Source of the DNA: Lama guanicoe
Lineage: Eukaryota
Length of the DNA: 64,000 nucleotides
Direction: 5' to 3'
NCBI GenBank assembly: GCA_013239625.1
Contig: MU054187.1
Coordinates: 7,079,757-7,143,756 of the forward strand
Numbering within the stretch: position 1 is the first letter of the stretch; every line of letters starts with the position of its first letter. Under the pieces are notes generated by a model that had not been told where the DNA came from, made no database searches, and was given only the letters and a program-made list of their open reading frames with translations. Below, piece by piece: positions 38,986 to 51,925 of this stretch. The position numbers were made by a program, and so were the translations under genes.

Positions 38986-41900
38986 CTCCTCATTGCCATC
39001 CGCATCATCATCTTTATTATTATTAAGAAATTAACAGACATCATGATCCTCATTCTGAAAAACCTTGGGGACATACATTCATTACTATGCAAGAGCTGTA
39101 AAAGGGGCAAAATGCAGGACTGAGTGACTTGTTTAAAAAGTATGTAACAGTCCCTTGTGACAGGACCTTGGATCTGCATGTGAACTTCACGGCTGTAACA
39201 CTATTAATTAAACCCTTTCCTTCAACATGTAAATAGCTTTTTTGAAATACTTCTGCAGCAAGATTCTCCTGGTGTCCCTACTGCTCCCCCTGGGAGAATT
39301 TTATGCATCTTTGGAGTCTCTAAGGCTGTTTTTCCTGCCTCACTTTAAGATCACCAAGGGTACAATTAATAAGTTATTGCTGCTGCTTTGGAAGTTGCAA
39401 GACTTGAAATCATTTTCTTCTTCCTAGGAATACATTCAGAATGTAATTATGAAAACCCAGCTCATTTGCTACATTTGAGGATACTGAAAGATAAGTTATG
39501 TTGAGAACTTGAGTCTTTTCTTGCTTTTAATTCTGAATGAATTAAGCGGATGTCTCATGACATCTGTTTTGATTACTCCAAATTGTAGAACTTTAGGCTA
39601 ATATTTCTTCTAATTGACTTTTCCTGAAAGCTGCATGGAACTTACACATCAGTAATCCTAGAGAATTCTCAGTGTGACACATTTTCATAGAATTCAGACT
39701 TTGTATGGCTGCATGAGCATAATTTAGGCATGAAAATGAATGCAAAGAAATTCTCTAAAGATTTGTCTTCTAAAAATTTAGGCAAGAAGCTGAGGAGGGA
39801 GATGGGCTGGCCCTCACTGACTGGTCCTCAATACAAGTGTTTCACATGGCTTCACACAAAAGGAAAGCTACCTTCATTTGTTTCTCTATATCATGTTTTA
39901 ATGATTGTACTTTTTCTGTAGTGACCTGATATGTGGGTATTTTGATTCTTGCAAGAATTTAAACTGTTTCCCCAAATGACAATAATAGCACTTTCTTGTC
40001 CTCCTTTGACTTAAATTGTCACCACACGTTCATGAGGATCCTCTTCTCTCGTGAGATTCTTCAGTTGAATTTTCCTCCTGAGCAGCCTGGCGGGGTCAGT
40101 GAGATCATTCTTCTTTCTCAAGGCTCATTCTTATTACCTAGCCTGAATTGTCCCTCTGTACTCATTGGGAAAATTCTCCTTGTGGACCAAGATTCATTTT
40201 CCTTCGAGGTTGGCTTTTCCCACTACCCTTGTCCTTGGACGGGCACTTTCAAGTAGAAGACTTGTAGACAATCAATGCAGAGCTCTGTGTAGGAGCAATT
40301 GCATAGCAGAGAGATCTCTCAGTTCCCTTGAGCTGCTTATAGTCCATCCATTATTTTTAATAAACATTCTAAATATTTTTACATCTCACAGAATTCTTTC
40401 TCTGTTGGCAGTTTCACACTAAATCAGTGATGTACGGTATGTTTCCTTATTTAAATGAATACAAGTTAACTGAATTTAGTAGTGAGTATTAAACTTGCCT
40501 TTATTCTTTCCTCCTGCTGATTTCTTCCTCCTCAGATATTTTTCAAAAGGAATCTTGAAATGTGATGTTTATGCAGGGCTGAAGCTAGGATATGAAATAT
40601 CTTTATTTGAAAATAATGTATCAGCAAACAGTATAGGAATAGCAGCCAAGAAATCCAGCAAAACTATGCCTACTTTTGAAACTACAAAAATGATACTCTA
40701 TTTACTGTATCATGAGGTTTATTTATAACGTATCTGTATCAATGAAACCCTTTGGGAAAATGCATAAGCTTTCAGTTCACTAGAATAACAAAATATTTCA
40801 GGTTCTGAAATAATACATTAGTATACACTTATCCTGCTGTCTCGAAAGAATGTTTCTGTCTGAAATCATGACTGGGGAGTTGAGGGGGCCTGGAGGTGGT
40901 GGTGGTGGATATCTTTCCAGTCATTCAGGACCTATAAAGGAAGGACCATCACAGTCTGCTTTTAGGCATTAAATCAAAATGAGACCCCAAACCTTTGCAA
41001 ATGTTTATTTTTATGTTTGTTTCCTGCACAGTCCTTTTCCAAAGTGATGCAATTATGTTCTTTAAAACAATAATAATAACATGGCAGCAAAAATGTGGTT
41101 CGACATTTCATATTTCAAAGGACTTAAACTCTACCTTTTTCCTTTGGCCTGGGTCTAAGTGAACATAGCTTGTGAAAAGAACATCTTCAGGGTCCTTGTA
41201 AAATAATAGTTTATTTTCCGCCTTAGAGAAAATGCACGTATAAACTCGATGTTATGTGTTTCATAGATTTCATCTCACACAAGTATTTTGAAAACCTTTG
41301 CTCAGAAAATCCAGTTTGCCTCCACGTGATAGTCCGACGACATATAGAAACCACGATAAACTAAGTAGCTGCTGCCGCCTGGGTGGTCTGGGGATTTTTA
41401 ACCAGAAGTTCGTGTGATGAGCGGAGGCCCTTCTGTAGAGGTTTACGTAGTTTTTTCAAAAGAGCAGACGGATCTATTATTCTATCAAGAGGAGTGCCAC
41501 TTGTTGCTATAGAATTAGAGTCGCCGTGTTGAACAGGGCCCAGGCAAAGGTAACTGAATAACTAGTTTATTGTCTCAGCTCATTGGATCATCATTATGAA
41601 ACGGTTTTACTTCTCTGAATAAACTGTCTCCCAGCTATTTTGTTTCAAACCCTATTCCCATTCCTCATTACGTCAGGCAACAGATTCTGTGATGACTTTG
41701 GTCATTAGAAATTGGTCTCCTGTCTGATTCAGACCCGTTCTCCCCTCACCTGGGCTGACCATGCCTGAGGCCTTTACCCACCTCTCTCTCCTCCCTTCCC
41801 TTGACTCCACTCCTCAGGGAGAGGACACAGGAAGTAGTCCACTCGTCCAGCCAGCCCTGCGCTGATGACGCAGGCTGCAAGGGTCCTCCCCTTAGGCTTT

Positions 41901-44329
41901 TCCAGCTGCTACCAATGGCCGCTGCTCATGTGACAGTCTGCAAATTGGCTAATTCTGCCACTAAATTTGATAAAACAGTACTTATTTTAACATGTCCATA
42001 ATTATTCCAATAGATGTAAGTTTGTTAAGAGCCACAGGTTATATAATGTTAAGCCATTCTGAGTGGAACGTGGCTGCTGAATTTCCATGTCATGATTATT
42101 TAAAAAAAACTGGATTCTGCAGAGAAACCACACTTTTATAGCTTACATTCAAATGCTTTGCTGTGTTTTTAAAGGCAACGTAAAGAGGCTACTGCCAATT
42201 TTTTGATGCAGTCAGTTGAACATAAGATCATTTCAGAAGAACAGTATGTAGAACAAATAGAACATGAGTAAAGGCCGTTAAGATTTGGGATTTTCTTGTG
42301 ATGCTGATTAGTTTGTTGTGAACACACTCTCTTTGTTGTGGAAATGCCAGTTAAGAGTACAAGCCTGCTGGCGAAGAATTTCAGCTGACATTTGCAACGG
42401 TTCATAAGATTATAAAAGAGAGACTGGTAACACATTGAGTTTGCTGCATTTATTTACTTTTTTGAACCAGAACAGCAGCATATACCGCCGAGGAGCCTTA
42501 TAAAATAAAATAGCACCGCATGGTCAGATTATAACTGATGAACATTAAGCTGAAAAGCCCGGCAGGAACAGAGGAGCCTGACAGTTACTCGACGTTGCTC
42601 TCAGATAGAGACAAACACGTCATTTCAATGCTTTGGATCCGATTTTCCTATGTAGCCTGTGGGAGGGAAATCACAGCTAACAGTAATCATATCTAAAATG
42701 TTCTCTTTGCCCAGAGAAAATTTCTCTCTGAGCCGTTGTCCTGTGATGGCATGACGTTTCAGACTGATTTGAGTTCAAGTCTTGAACATAGATGGTAGCA
42801 AATGTACCTCTGCATCCAGTTTGCAGTTTGGCTGTTTACAGCAGCAGCTGGAACCCTAATGCTGTGTGTCTCCACCTGCCCCCCACCTCCGCCCGGCTCA
42901 GAAAAGACGAGCTTGAAAATACAATGGGAGCTGAATGATGAGAAAATCAATCAGAATTATAGGGAAAGATGTGAAAAATAAAAATAATTGGCCAGAAGTT
43001 TAGTGCCAAAGACAAGAAGTGGGAAGGGAGATACATTTTGCTCACCCTTGACACAAGGAGGTGCTACGGGAAAGACAATTCAGAAATCCTTGTAAAGAGA
43101 TGTCCTTTGCTGTGAAGCTCCATACAAGTCATGTCGGCCCAGCAGCGGGGCTGACCAGGGTGGTGGCCACAGCACGGACCTGCTCCAGGGAAAAGCGTCC
43201 GGAAAAGTGAGTCATTCCAGCTCCTCCTGTCCTATCTGAGGGCCAACAGAGAGGAAAACAGAAAGAAAAAGTGCCTGGAGCAAAGACTTCTGCCCAGAAG
43301 ATGAGGCAGAGCTGGCTGGTCCCAGCACAGACCACTGAACAGAGGCACAGGGTGACAGAATGAAAGGGGAGAAGGACACAGGAAGAATCTGAGTGTCCAG
43401 GACCCAGGATGAGCGTGTGTCTACTCCACCCCTGGGGAGCCCACAGCATTGACCGCCCTTTGCCTGTTTGCTGACGCAGGAATAACAGGGAAAAGCAGGA
43501 ATTGTCACTGTGCTCGTCTGTGAAAATCAGCACCTCGAAGCATCCAGTGGGCCAGATTCCCTGAGAAGCTGGCTTTTTTTCCGGGAACTCTGAGCCTGCT
43601 TCAGGCACCAGCTGGAATATCTCACAGTCAGATAACAAATGAAGCTGTGAAAATAAATGATGCCATTAGAAAGAAGTAGTTCTGCTTTATTCTTGTAGAA
43701 GCTGGTGTGGTTCAAGGTCTCTGAGAACTTATTTGTGAAATCTGAGCATCAGTAATTCTTAATCGCCCAAAAGTATAGAAACTTCAAATATATATATGTC
43801 TAAGATTAAAATTAGATGGAGAGGAACAAAACTGAATGTACTTTAGCTAAATGAAAAGAAAAAGGAAGACTACTTGCTGAATTAATTTACAAAAGGGAAA
43901 TGTAACTTTCTGCGAAAAATCACATCGCTTTCCTCATTTTCTAGGTATTCAGCTACATCCACCTAATCACTCTCTCCTTAAATGGGGCAGACGTTTCTAG
44001 TTATCTTGCGTTATCTGTTGCCCCTCCTTCTGGTCGAGAGTCAGGGAAAATCGGCCTGTTTTAGGTGGAAATGCTAAAGAAATATTTCCTGTGCCTTTAT
44101 ATGAGTAGGTGGAATTATCCAAGTTCTGGCCATTGAGCTACAAGTAGAAGACTTGTGAAGGACTTCTGAGAAAGCTGCTGAAGAGCTAGCTCAGTTTAGA
44201 GGCAGGCTTAAGCCCAGTGACTTACAGAACACAAATCTTCCACTTAGACGAACGCAAACCTTACTTGCCCTTCTTCTCTAGGGCTGGAAATCAGACATGA
44301 GCCTCAATGGACTAAAACCAAGGTGTGAG

Positions 44330-44893
44330 ACAGTCACTGTGGAAAACTGTATGGAGGGTCCTCAAAAATTAAAAATAGAACAACCAGCTGATCCAACAGT
44401 TCCACCCAAAGTATTCCCATGTTCACTGCAGCACTATTTACAACAGCCAAGACATGGAAACAACCTAAGTGTCCATCACCAGATGAATGGATGAAGAATA
44501 GTGATATATTATAGGAATATCATTCAGCCATGACGAAGAAGGAAATCCTGCCATTTGCAGGAACATGGATGGACCTTGAGGGCATTATACAAGGTGAAGT
44601 AAGTCAGACAGAGAAAGACTAATACTGTACAATACCACTTACATGTAGAACCTAGAAAAAAAAAACACCTCACAGAGACAGAGAACAGATTGGTGAATTC
44701 CAGGGACAGAGGGTGAGGGGTTTGAAAAATGGGTGAAGGTTGCCCCAAGGTACAAACTTCCAGTTATAAGAAGAATAAGTCCTGGGGTTGTAATGTACAG
44801 CCTGGCGACTATAGTTAACGATATTGTACTATGTTCTTAGAATATGCTAGGAGAGTAGATCTTAAAAGTTCTCATCACAAAAATCTTTGTAAC
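44330..44893 (+). mobile_element. L1MA9-type L1 3' fragment
   Basis: 'cactgtggaaaactgtatggag...ggaaatcctgccatttgc...ggtacaaacttccagttataag...gagagtagatcttaaaagttctcatcac'. Confidence 0.85.
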
Positions 44894-45200
44894 ACCTAAA
44901 TGTCCATCGACAGAAGGCTGGATGAAGAGGTTGTGGTATAGTTACACAACTCAGAGCTATTCTACTCAGCCATAAGAAAGAATAAAATAATGCCATTTGC
45001 AGCAACACATGGTTGGACCTGGAGATTGTCAGTCTAAGTGAAGTAAGCCAGAAATAGAAAGAAAAATACCATATATCACTCATATGTATAAAGAAATAAA
45101 AAAGACACTATGAACTCATCTACAAAACAGAAACAGACTCACAGACATAGAGAACTAACTATTGGTTACCAGCAGGGGAAGGAGTTGGGAAGGGATAAAT
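44894..45200 (+). mobile_element. Younger L1 3' fragment, truncated within the 3' UTR
   Basis: 'cctaaatgtccatcgacag...aatgccatttgcagcaac...aaaacagaaacagactcacagacatag...gggaagggataaat'; similar to 27885-28160. Confidence 0.85.
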
Positions 45201-45286
45201 TCGACTTCCAATAGTCCTTGAGCCTCAGGGCACACCCACAGGTGCCATGACAGTTCCTAGGCTGAACATAAGAAGGTCAAAAGTGG
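45200..45286 (+). mobile_element. Internal fragment of a MER41-like LTR
   Basis: Reverse complement aligns along its length to 45679-45765. Confidence 0.75.
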
Positions 45287-45293
45287 TCAAAGA

Positions 45294-45860
45294 TGTTCCC
45301 AGAGGATAGGTTCTTGCCTCACACAGTAAAGAGTTCAAGAGCAAGGCCTGGTGAAAATGAGAGCAAGTTTACATAGAGACATACACACTCCATAGGCAGG
45401 GTGCGGTCTGTCTCACTCGGGAGGGAAAACGGCTTAGGAGACACACACTCTACAGGCAGAATGCGGGCCATCTCAGACAGGTGAGGGGAGAGAGACTGAG
45501 AGGTGTGGGGTGTTTAGTTTAAAGCAGAAGCAGATACACACTCCACAGACAGAGAGTGACCACGAGGTGCGGACTTGTTTGTTTTTATGAGCTCGGTAAT
45601 TTTACATACTAACCAGTAGGAGGGTTATTCCAACTATGCTGGGGAAGGGGAGGGGATTTCCTGGAATTGGGTCCCTGCCCACTTTTTGGCCTCCTATGGT
45701 CAGCGTAGGAACTGTCATGGCGTCTGTGCGTGTGCCATGAGACTCCAGATCTACTGGAAGTCGAATCTTCTGCCAGCTTGGTTGTGACCAGTTTGTCCTG
45801 TCCTCAATTGCTTTGTCAGCCCTTCAGTGGTTGTGCTCTGCCCCCTTCCCTCTTGTCTCA
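45294..45860 (-). mobile_element. MER41-like ERV1 solo LTR with three tandem 'acacactcc/t...cag' units
   Basis: TG...CA ends; flanks aaaga/aaagg; colinear similarity to 20839-21358. Confidence 0.8.
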
Positions 45861-48610
45861 AAAGGACTCTGATTCCATAGTATCACCAGGATCAGAGAAG
45901 GCTTCCGAACGAAGATGGGGTGAGTGAGGACTGTACACACTCAGTAAAGAACAGCATTATGAGCACCACACTGACCTGCTGACCTTCCAAACACAAACGC
46001 TCTGATTGGCCTGCCACCCACGAGAGAAGTGCTTGGAGTTGCTACTTTTTTTTAACTCCCTGTAATGAATTTTCATCAGTCCACCCGCCTCCATCCCACA
46101 CTCTTCCCAGACTCTCTTCTGGCCAGAATATATTGGAGAGAGAACTCTATGGGGTTACGTGCATCAGAGCCAAGGTCACCTGGGAGGTGGACATGTAAGG
46201 ACATGCTCTAAACAAGGGAGCTTTCTGGGTACAGATCATGACTGCCAGTGGCCTGGACACATCTGTTCAGGCACAGTTGGAGGAAGATGCCAGCATGCTG
46301 GTGGTCCTCTTGAGATAATCTGATGTTCATTTCCCTGAGCATAATAGACAAATGTGCTCCTCAAATGTAAGACTGTTTCATTGCACAACTGCACTATTTA
46401 GCAGAGAGCCAGCAACTGATTCGCAAAATGGAAGGGCAGACATGCTTCCTGCAAAGCCCTCTGTGTGCTGCTGAAAGAAAAATGGCATTGACTTAAGAAG
46501 TCCTTTCAGAACAAGCACTCTATCCCCACACTTGTTTTAACCACAAAAATTCAATTTGGTTAAGCTGTCTGGAGTCATCGACCCTATTTCCAGAACAATA
46601 TGCAATGGTCTGATGGCATCATTTCTACATGGGCCATCTGATGTTTTAACTTGTACATAAAATTCATCATTTGTGCTTGTCCTTAAGTATAGAATTAACA
46701 GAGAAAACACTTCCTCTGTGTATTTGAAGTATTAGGGAGCAGTATAGCTGTTTTAAGTGTTAGTGTGAGAAGATACTGCGTCCTGCTTCAGGGCAGCAGA
46801 GAACAGCAGAAGCATTGAATTGTGCTTACCCTTAACTGAGATCCTGAGACAAAGTGTGTAGTTATTATTTCCTACATACAATTAATCTTACATGCCGAGA
46901 ACACGGTATGAATTTCGCTTCAGTATAATAGGCAGGCCGGCTACTGGTCCCTGAAATCAATGACAGTCAGAAGAGCCTAGACGTTGGGTGATCTGATGAA
47001 TAATTTAAGACTGATTTGTTAACTGTGCAGCAGTGAAGGTAGCCATGCAGGGAGACACATTGTCAATTGCCAGCAATTTACTACGTTTTTGAAAACCACG
47101 GGCAGCAATTTACAGAAAAGATTAGGCCAGTTACTGTACACGTGTGACATTTTCTTGATTTAAGATGTCAATCTGGAAAGCTGTTCACTGACAACTGGCA
47201 TTTGGGATGAGGTTATAAAGTTTATGAAGAACTGCTTTTACCTGAGAATGTCTATATTTCTGCCCTGGGAGACCCCTGAACGCACACCTCCTGCTGGGAT
47301 TAAACGTGCATATGCAAATGAGCACTGTTGGAGAAGGGCGATGCACCTGCTGCTGGGCCGCTGAGCACCTTTGCACCACTCAGTGCTCCAATGCACTTGC
47401 CGTGAGAAAGCGTGGTGATGGGCTTTGTTTCTCGGAGAAGAAATCACTGTCCGCATATTTCCCCTGAGTCCTGTGCTGTCTAGGGGGTGTGATCACTTTC
47501 ATCCTGAACCGGAAGTTTACTTTGCGCTTCTTCATAAGAAGCTGATCAAAGGAGAATCCCATTTTTATTAGTGTAATTTCTTTCCACGTCTTTTCCCTGT
47601 TGGGGTTAAGTCAGTAACAATAATTGTGAATATGCAAAAAGTGAAATGAAGATGGTCTTAGCCCCTGGTGGAATCTGATACTCTAAGGTATCTTGAAGGG
47701 GTATCTCGAAGGAGGACTTCTATAGGAAGAACATACATCAATACAGCATCTCATAATTTAAATATGACTAAGCATGACCTGTGATTGATTATTTTTGGAG
47801 CTCTACTAAGAATTGGACCTCTGGTATATTTTAAAATTTATTCTCAATGTTTATTCTCAACATTATCAACTCCTCCAAGGATTCCTAACAAGCTTACATA
47901 TCGCAAATCAGAGTTGTAACTGAAATTCCTTTTCTGAAGTCACAGATCACAATAGTAATGATACTTTTTAATGAGTTTAGTTTTCCAGACAAGAAACAAG
48001 TCCAGAGTTCCTTTGTGTCTAGTTGTTAGCAATAAAATCAACCCAGAAACTAAGACAAATGCCTTCTTTCTTCTGCTTTCTGCTCTTTCTCTATTTGCCC
48101 ATCTGGCTGGGTCTATAAACTCTGTTACAGACGGACGGCATGTCCTGTGTTTTGTTTTGAGCATTTTTTCCTACATGCTTTTCCCAAAAGGAGAAAACAG
48201 GATGACTCTTAGATAAATTAATTTTTATCCTCTATGTCAGATATTAAAAGCAAAATATAAAATGCTAGAAATTTATCATAAAAGCCAAGAATTAATTTTT
48301 AATAGCTAGAAATTCGTATTAGACATAACTCTGGCTTTACCCAGAGGTTTTTTTTTTTTAATGTAAAAAAATCAATAAAATTAAAACTCACATGAATGGA
48401 CTACTTTTAAAGCATTACATTGAAGACTGACACAGCTCTACAGTGGCTCAGCAGACTTACTGTTTTGCCATTTAAGGCAGTGGAAAAATTCTCTTAGTCA
48501 ACACATGTTAAGTTTTAAACTCCTTCTACAATTTTGGCTTTGGATGGGTCTATCCAATGAAATCATACAGTTTCATTGTTCATTCTTTGTCTTTAGTATT
48601 TTTAATGTAA

Positions 48611-48616
<6 letters not shown>

Positions 48617-48642
<26 letters not shown>
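48617..48642. repeat. (TA)n microsatellite
   Basis: Seen directly. Confidence 0.9.
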
Positions 48643-48647
<5 letters not shown>

Positions 48648-49204
48648 GCTATGTTGTAGGCAATAAAATCAAGGCTTTATCTGTTTGAAGATTCGTGTAA
48701 TAATGGTGACAGCTGACAGAATGCCTTGAATGGAGAGGCTTTCCCCGTTGTTGAAGACATCAGGAAATGAACGCCCAAGGTCTCAATCGTGACAGGTTTA
48801 CCCACCAAGCGCCCTTGCTGCTTGGGTCGGACGATAATGATCTTTCACTTGATCTATTTCTTTACCTGTAGAAACTCCCTGCTTTATTTTTCACTAAATC
48901 ATCAGAAGCCTCGTGTAGTCTGTTATGAGCACCAAACAGAGGGGTGGTTTATTATTTCTTTGCATTTATATTGTGTTTTTCTCCACGTAGCTTGAGGGGC
49001 TTTACAGAACATGACAGCAGTCATCAAAACACTTTGTCAGGTCTGTAAGGCAGGAAGAAATGCTGCTATAAATGTGCCGGAGGCATAGTGCTTACCAGAA
49101 AATGTTCATTTTCTACATATTTTTCAAGACAGAAATTTTCTTTAAAATAAATTCCAACTTTCTTAAGTATTTTCTTTCCCTGGCCTTGGAATCAGACACT
49201 GGAT

Positions 49205-49910
49205 GACAACAAATTCACTGAGCATCTTGTCTGTGCCGATCTTATTGTAGATGCTAGACTATAATGGGGGGGTTACAAGGACCTGCTCTCACAGAGCTTT
49301 TACTGAAGTAGAAGAGACTTAATGCATCAGCAAATAAGTACACGACATAATATCCTGTGCTTCGTGCTATCAAGAGAAAAAAAGGCAGGATGGGGGAGGG
49401 AGGTGACCTCATGGAAAGATGGAGTTAAGAGGCCCAAGGGACAGACAGAAGCAAGCCATGCACAGATACAGGGGATGCCAGTTCCCAAGGTAGGAGGGTG
49501 CCTGCTATGCGCAAGTAACAGCAGGGATGCTGTGTGGTGTGGCTAACGTGCCGTGAACCAGGTGAGGAGGGCACGCCATGAGGATGAAGAGCTGAGGAGT
49601 GACAAGGTCCTGTAGGAACCTGGTAGTTCATGGTGAGGATTTGGATTTGGCCAAATCTAATGAGAACCCAATGGAAGGTTGAGCATAGGGGAATGACAAG
49701 ATAAAAAATCCGTGTAACTGTCATATAGGAAACAAGCGTAGAAGCAGGAGGACCCATGGAGAGCTGACTGTGGTGGTCCCGGGAAGAAGTCAGGGTGGCT
49801 TGGACTGAGGTGGTGGCAGGGTGGTGGCAGTGGCAGGTGGTGGCAGGGTGGGAGAGGAATCTGAATTGACTTGCAGTTGGAAACCGGAACAGACAGAAGT
49901 TGCTGAAGGA
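49205..49910 (-). mobile_element. L2 LINE fragment
   Basis: 'cactgagcatc...tgtgcc...cctgctctcacagagctt...agcaagccatgcacagat...catggtgaggatttggattt...gtggcttggactgaggtggtggcag'. Confidence 0.65.
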
Positions 49911-50007
49911 CCAGAGGCAGTGTATGGGAGAGCTTTAAATTCTGTCTCTGCCCATTGTGATACGGTTTTGGTGCCATAGTTTTCTCATCTGTAAGAGAGC
50001 AACAGTA

Positions 50008-50357
50008 CAGTCATCCCCAGGTACCACAGGGAAGTGGTTCCAGGACCCTTGCCGAGACCCAGATCCTCAGATGCTCAAGTTGCTTCTATAACACAGAACA
50101 GTGTTTGCGTATAGCGTAGGCGTGTCCTCTTGTACACTGTAAATTGTCTCTAGATTACTTATAATACCTAGTACAATGTAAATGCTATGTAAATATCTGT
50201 AAATAGAATGTAAATGCTGAGTAAATAGTTGTCGGGTTCAAGGCAAATTCGAGTTTTGCGTTTTGGAGCGTTCTGGAATCATATTTCTTCGAAGATTTTC
50301 TACCTGCAGTTGTTTGAGTCAGCAGATACTGAACCTGTGAGTACAGAGGGTTGACAG
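50008..50357 (+). mobile_element. MER2-type TcMar-Tigger MITE, inserted in a MIR remnant
   Basis: 'cagtcatcccc...tggttccaggaccc...gatgctcaagt...tctctagattacttataatacctagtacaatgtaaatgctatgtaaata...tacagagggttgacag'; TA flanks at 50006-50007 and 50358-50359. Confidence 0.85.
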
Positions 50358-50869
50358 TAATGACATCAGAGTGCAGTGAGAAGACGAGGCCTCTTGTGAC
50401 ACAGAGAACCCTCTCCATGCTTTGAGGTGTCCACTCCCTCCACCTTCCCTACTAGCCCTTTTCTTCCTTCCTTCCTTTCTACTCTCTTTAACTTCATCCG
50501 CCTCACTTTTCTTCCTGAGCCTAACTTTCTTCATTTTGTGATAAATCCACTCTGTATTTTTAGACTAATCAAAATCTTTGCCTCAGTAGTTGATGTACTT
50601 CATAAATACATATATGTATATACACACACACACATACACACATAGGAAGCTTACACGGGAAAAGGAAACCAAGATGTGAGGTATTTTCAAGCAAAGGCAG
50701 GCTTTAACATTGAGAGAGAGAGGGGAAAAAAAGGCTTTTGAAACTGAGAGTTGGTTAGAAAGTTCTTTTTTCTACCAACTTGTGTAAGTTTACTGTGAAA
50801 TTCTTCTAATTTCAATGAGAACCAGTTATATTTAAATCCATATTTTTATTTTTTGAGAAAGTCTTAACT

Positions 50870-51560
50870 GTGTGATTCAATTCTGACGCTGATCAATTCT
50901 CTGATCTCAAACACCAACTGAGTGTCTAACTATTCAATTCAGTTCTGACGCTAACTACCCAGAGGTAGTTCAGACTCCGCAGCTCAGGGGCTCAGTCCCA
51001 TGAAGACCGACCCACGTCACGTGCCAGCTGTGAATCGGACCCCTGGGCTACTCAAACTTCTGCCCAGACAACTACAAATTCAGGGGTTCCTACAAACCCT
51101 TACCTGAATTCACGAAGGCACTCTACTTACAAGCATTGGTTCATTATAAAGGATACACATCAGGAACAGCCAAATGGGTAGGGAAGAGGGGGCAGGGAGT
51201 CGGGGCGGGGCTTCTGCACCCTCTGCAGGTGTGCCATCCTCCCAGCTCTCAACATGTTGCTCTGTTCACCAACCCAGAAGCTACTGGAACCAGGTTGTTC
51301 CAGAGTTTTTCGAGGAAGTTTCATTATGCAGGCATAATTGATAAAATCCATTGGCAATTGGAGTTCGAACTCAATTACCAGCCCCTCTCTCCTCCCCAGG
51401 AGTGGGGCTGAAAGTTCCAACCTTCTCATTCTGTGGTTGCTCCTGCTAGCAACCAGCTCTCTCCCTGATCTGTCTAAGGCTCTCATTCCCTAAGATTCAC
51501 CTTGTCAGCATAAACTCAGGTAAGGTCAAAGGGGCTCCTTGTGAATAATTACCAGAGACA
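50870..51560 (-). mobile_element. MER21-family LTR
   Basis: Reverse-complement similarity to 19563-20380, e.g. 'aggaacagccaaatgg' versus 'ccattcggctgttcct' and 'ctgaaagttcca' versus 'tggaactttcag'. Confidence 0.8.
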
Positions 51561-51764
51561 TTATATATTGTATCATGTCACACTAGTCATGGCCTCTTTA
51601 ACGACCATCCCAGTGAGAAAAGAACTTTCAAAACACCCAGACACGAGACGCTGTGGTTCACCCAGAACGAGAGACACTGAGCGCGGAGATCGGAAAAGGC
51701 GAAAAGAAACCCAGGAGACACAAGGACCTGAAGGCCGCTGGGCAGCCAGCAAGTTCACACAGGG

Positions 51765-51925
51765 AACTCATTTCACCCCGACATCAGTCTCCCAAAGAAG
51801 GTGGCCTTTCCCCTGACACAGATAAGAAAATGGAAAGTTTAGAAAAAGCAAGTAATTGACTCCTGGTCAGACAACTGACGTCTGGCAAATGCGGTTTTTA
51901 ATCCTGGGCTGCTGTCTCCAAGACT
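51765..51925 (-). mobile_element. MIR SINE, degenerate
   Basis: 'acagataagaaaatgga...agtaattg...ggtcagacaact...aatcctgggct'. Confidence 0.45.

Noticed and set aside
42175..42271. Possible alternative terminal exon after 'ctgtgtttttaaag'
   Set aside because: In the phase-0 frame from exon 3 it reads Ala-Thr-stop; no similarity to NKAIN exon 4
49805..49856. G-rich (GGTGGCA) tandem, possible G-quadruplex
   Set aside because: Mostly two-G runs; a local expansion within an L2 fragment
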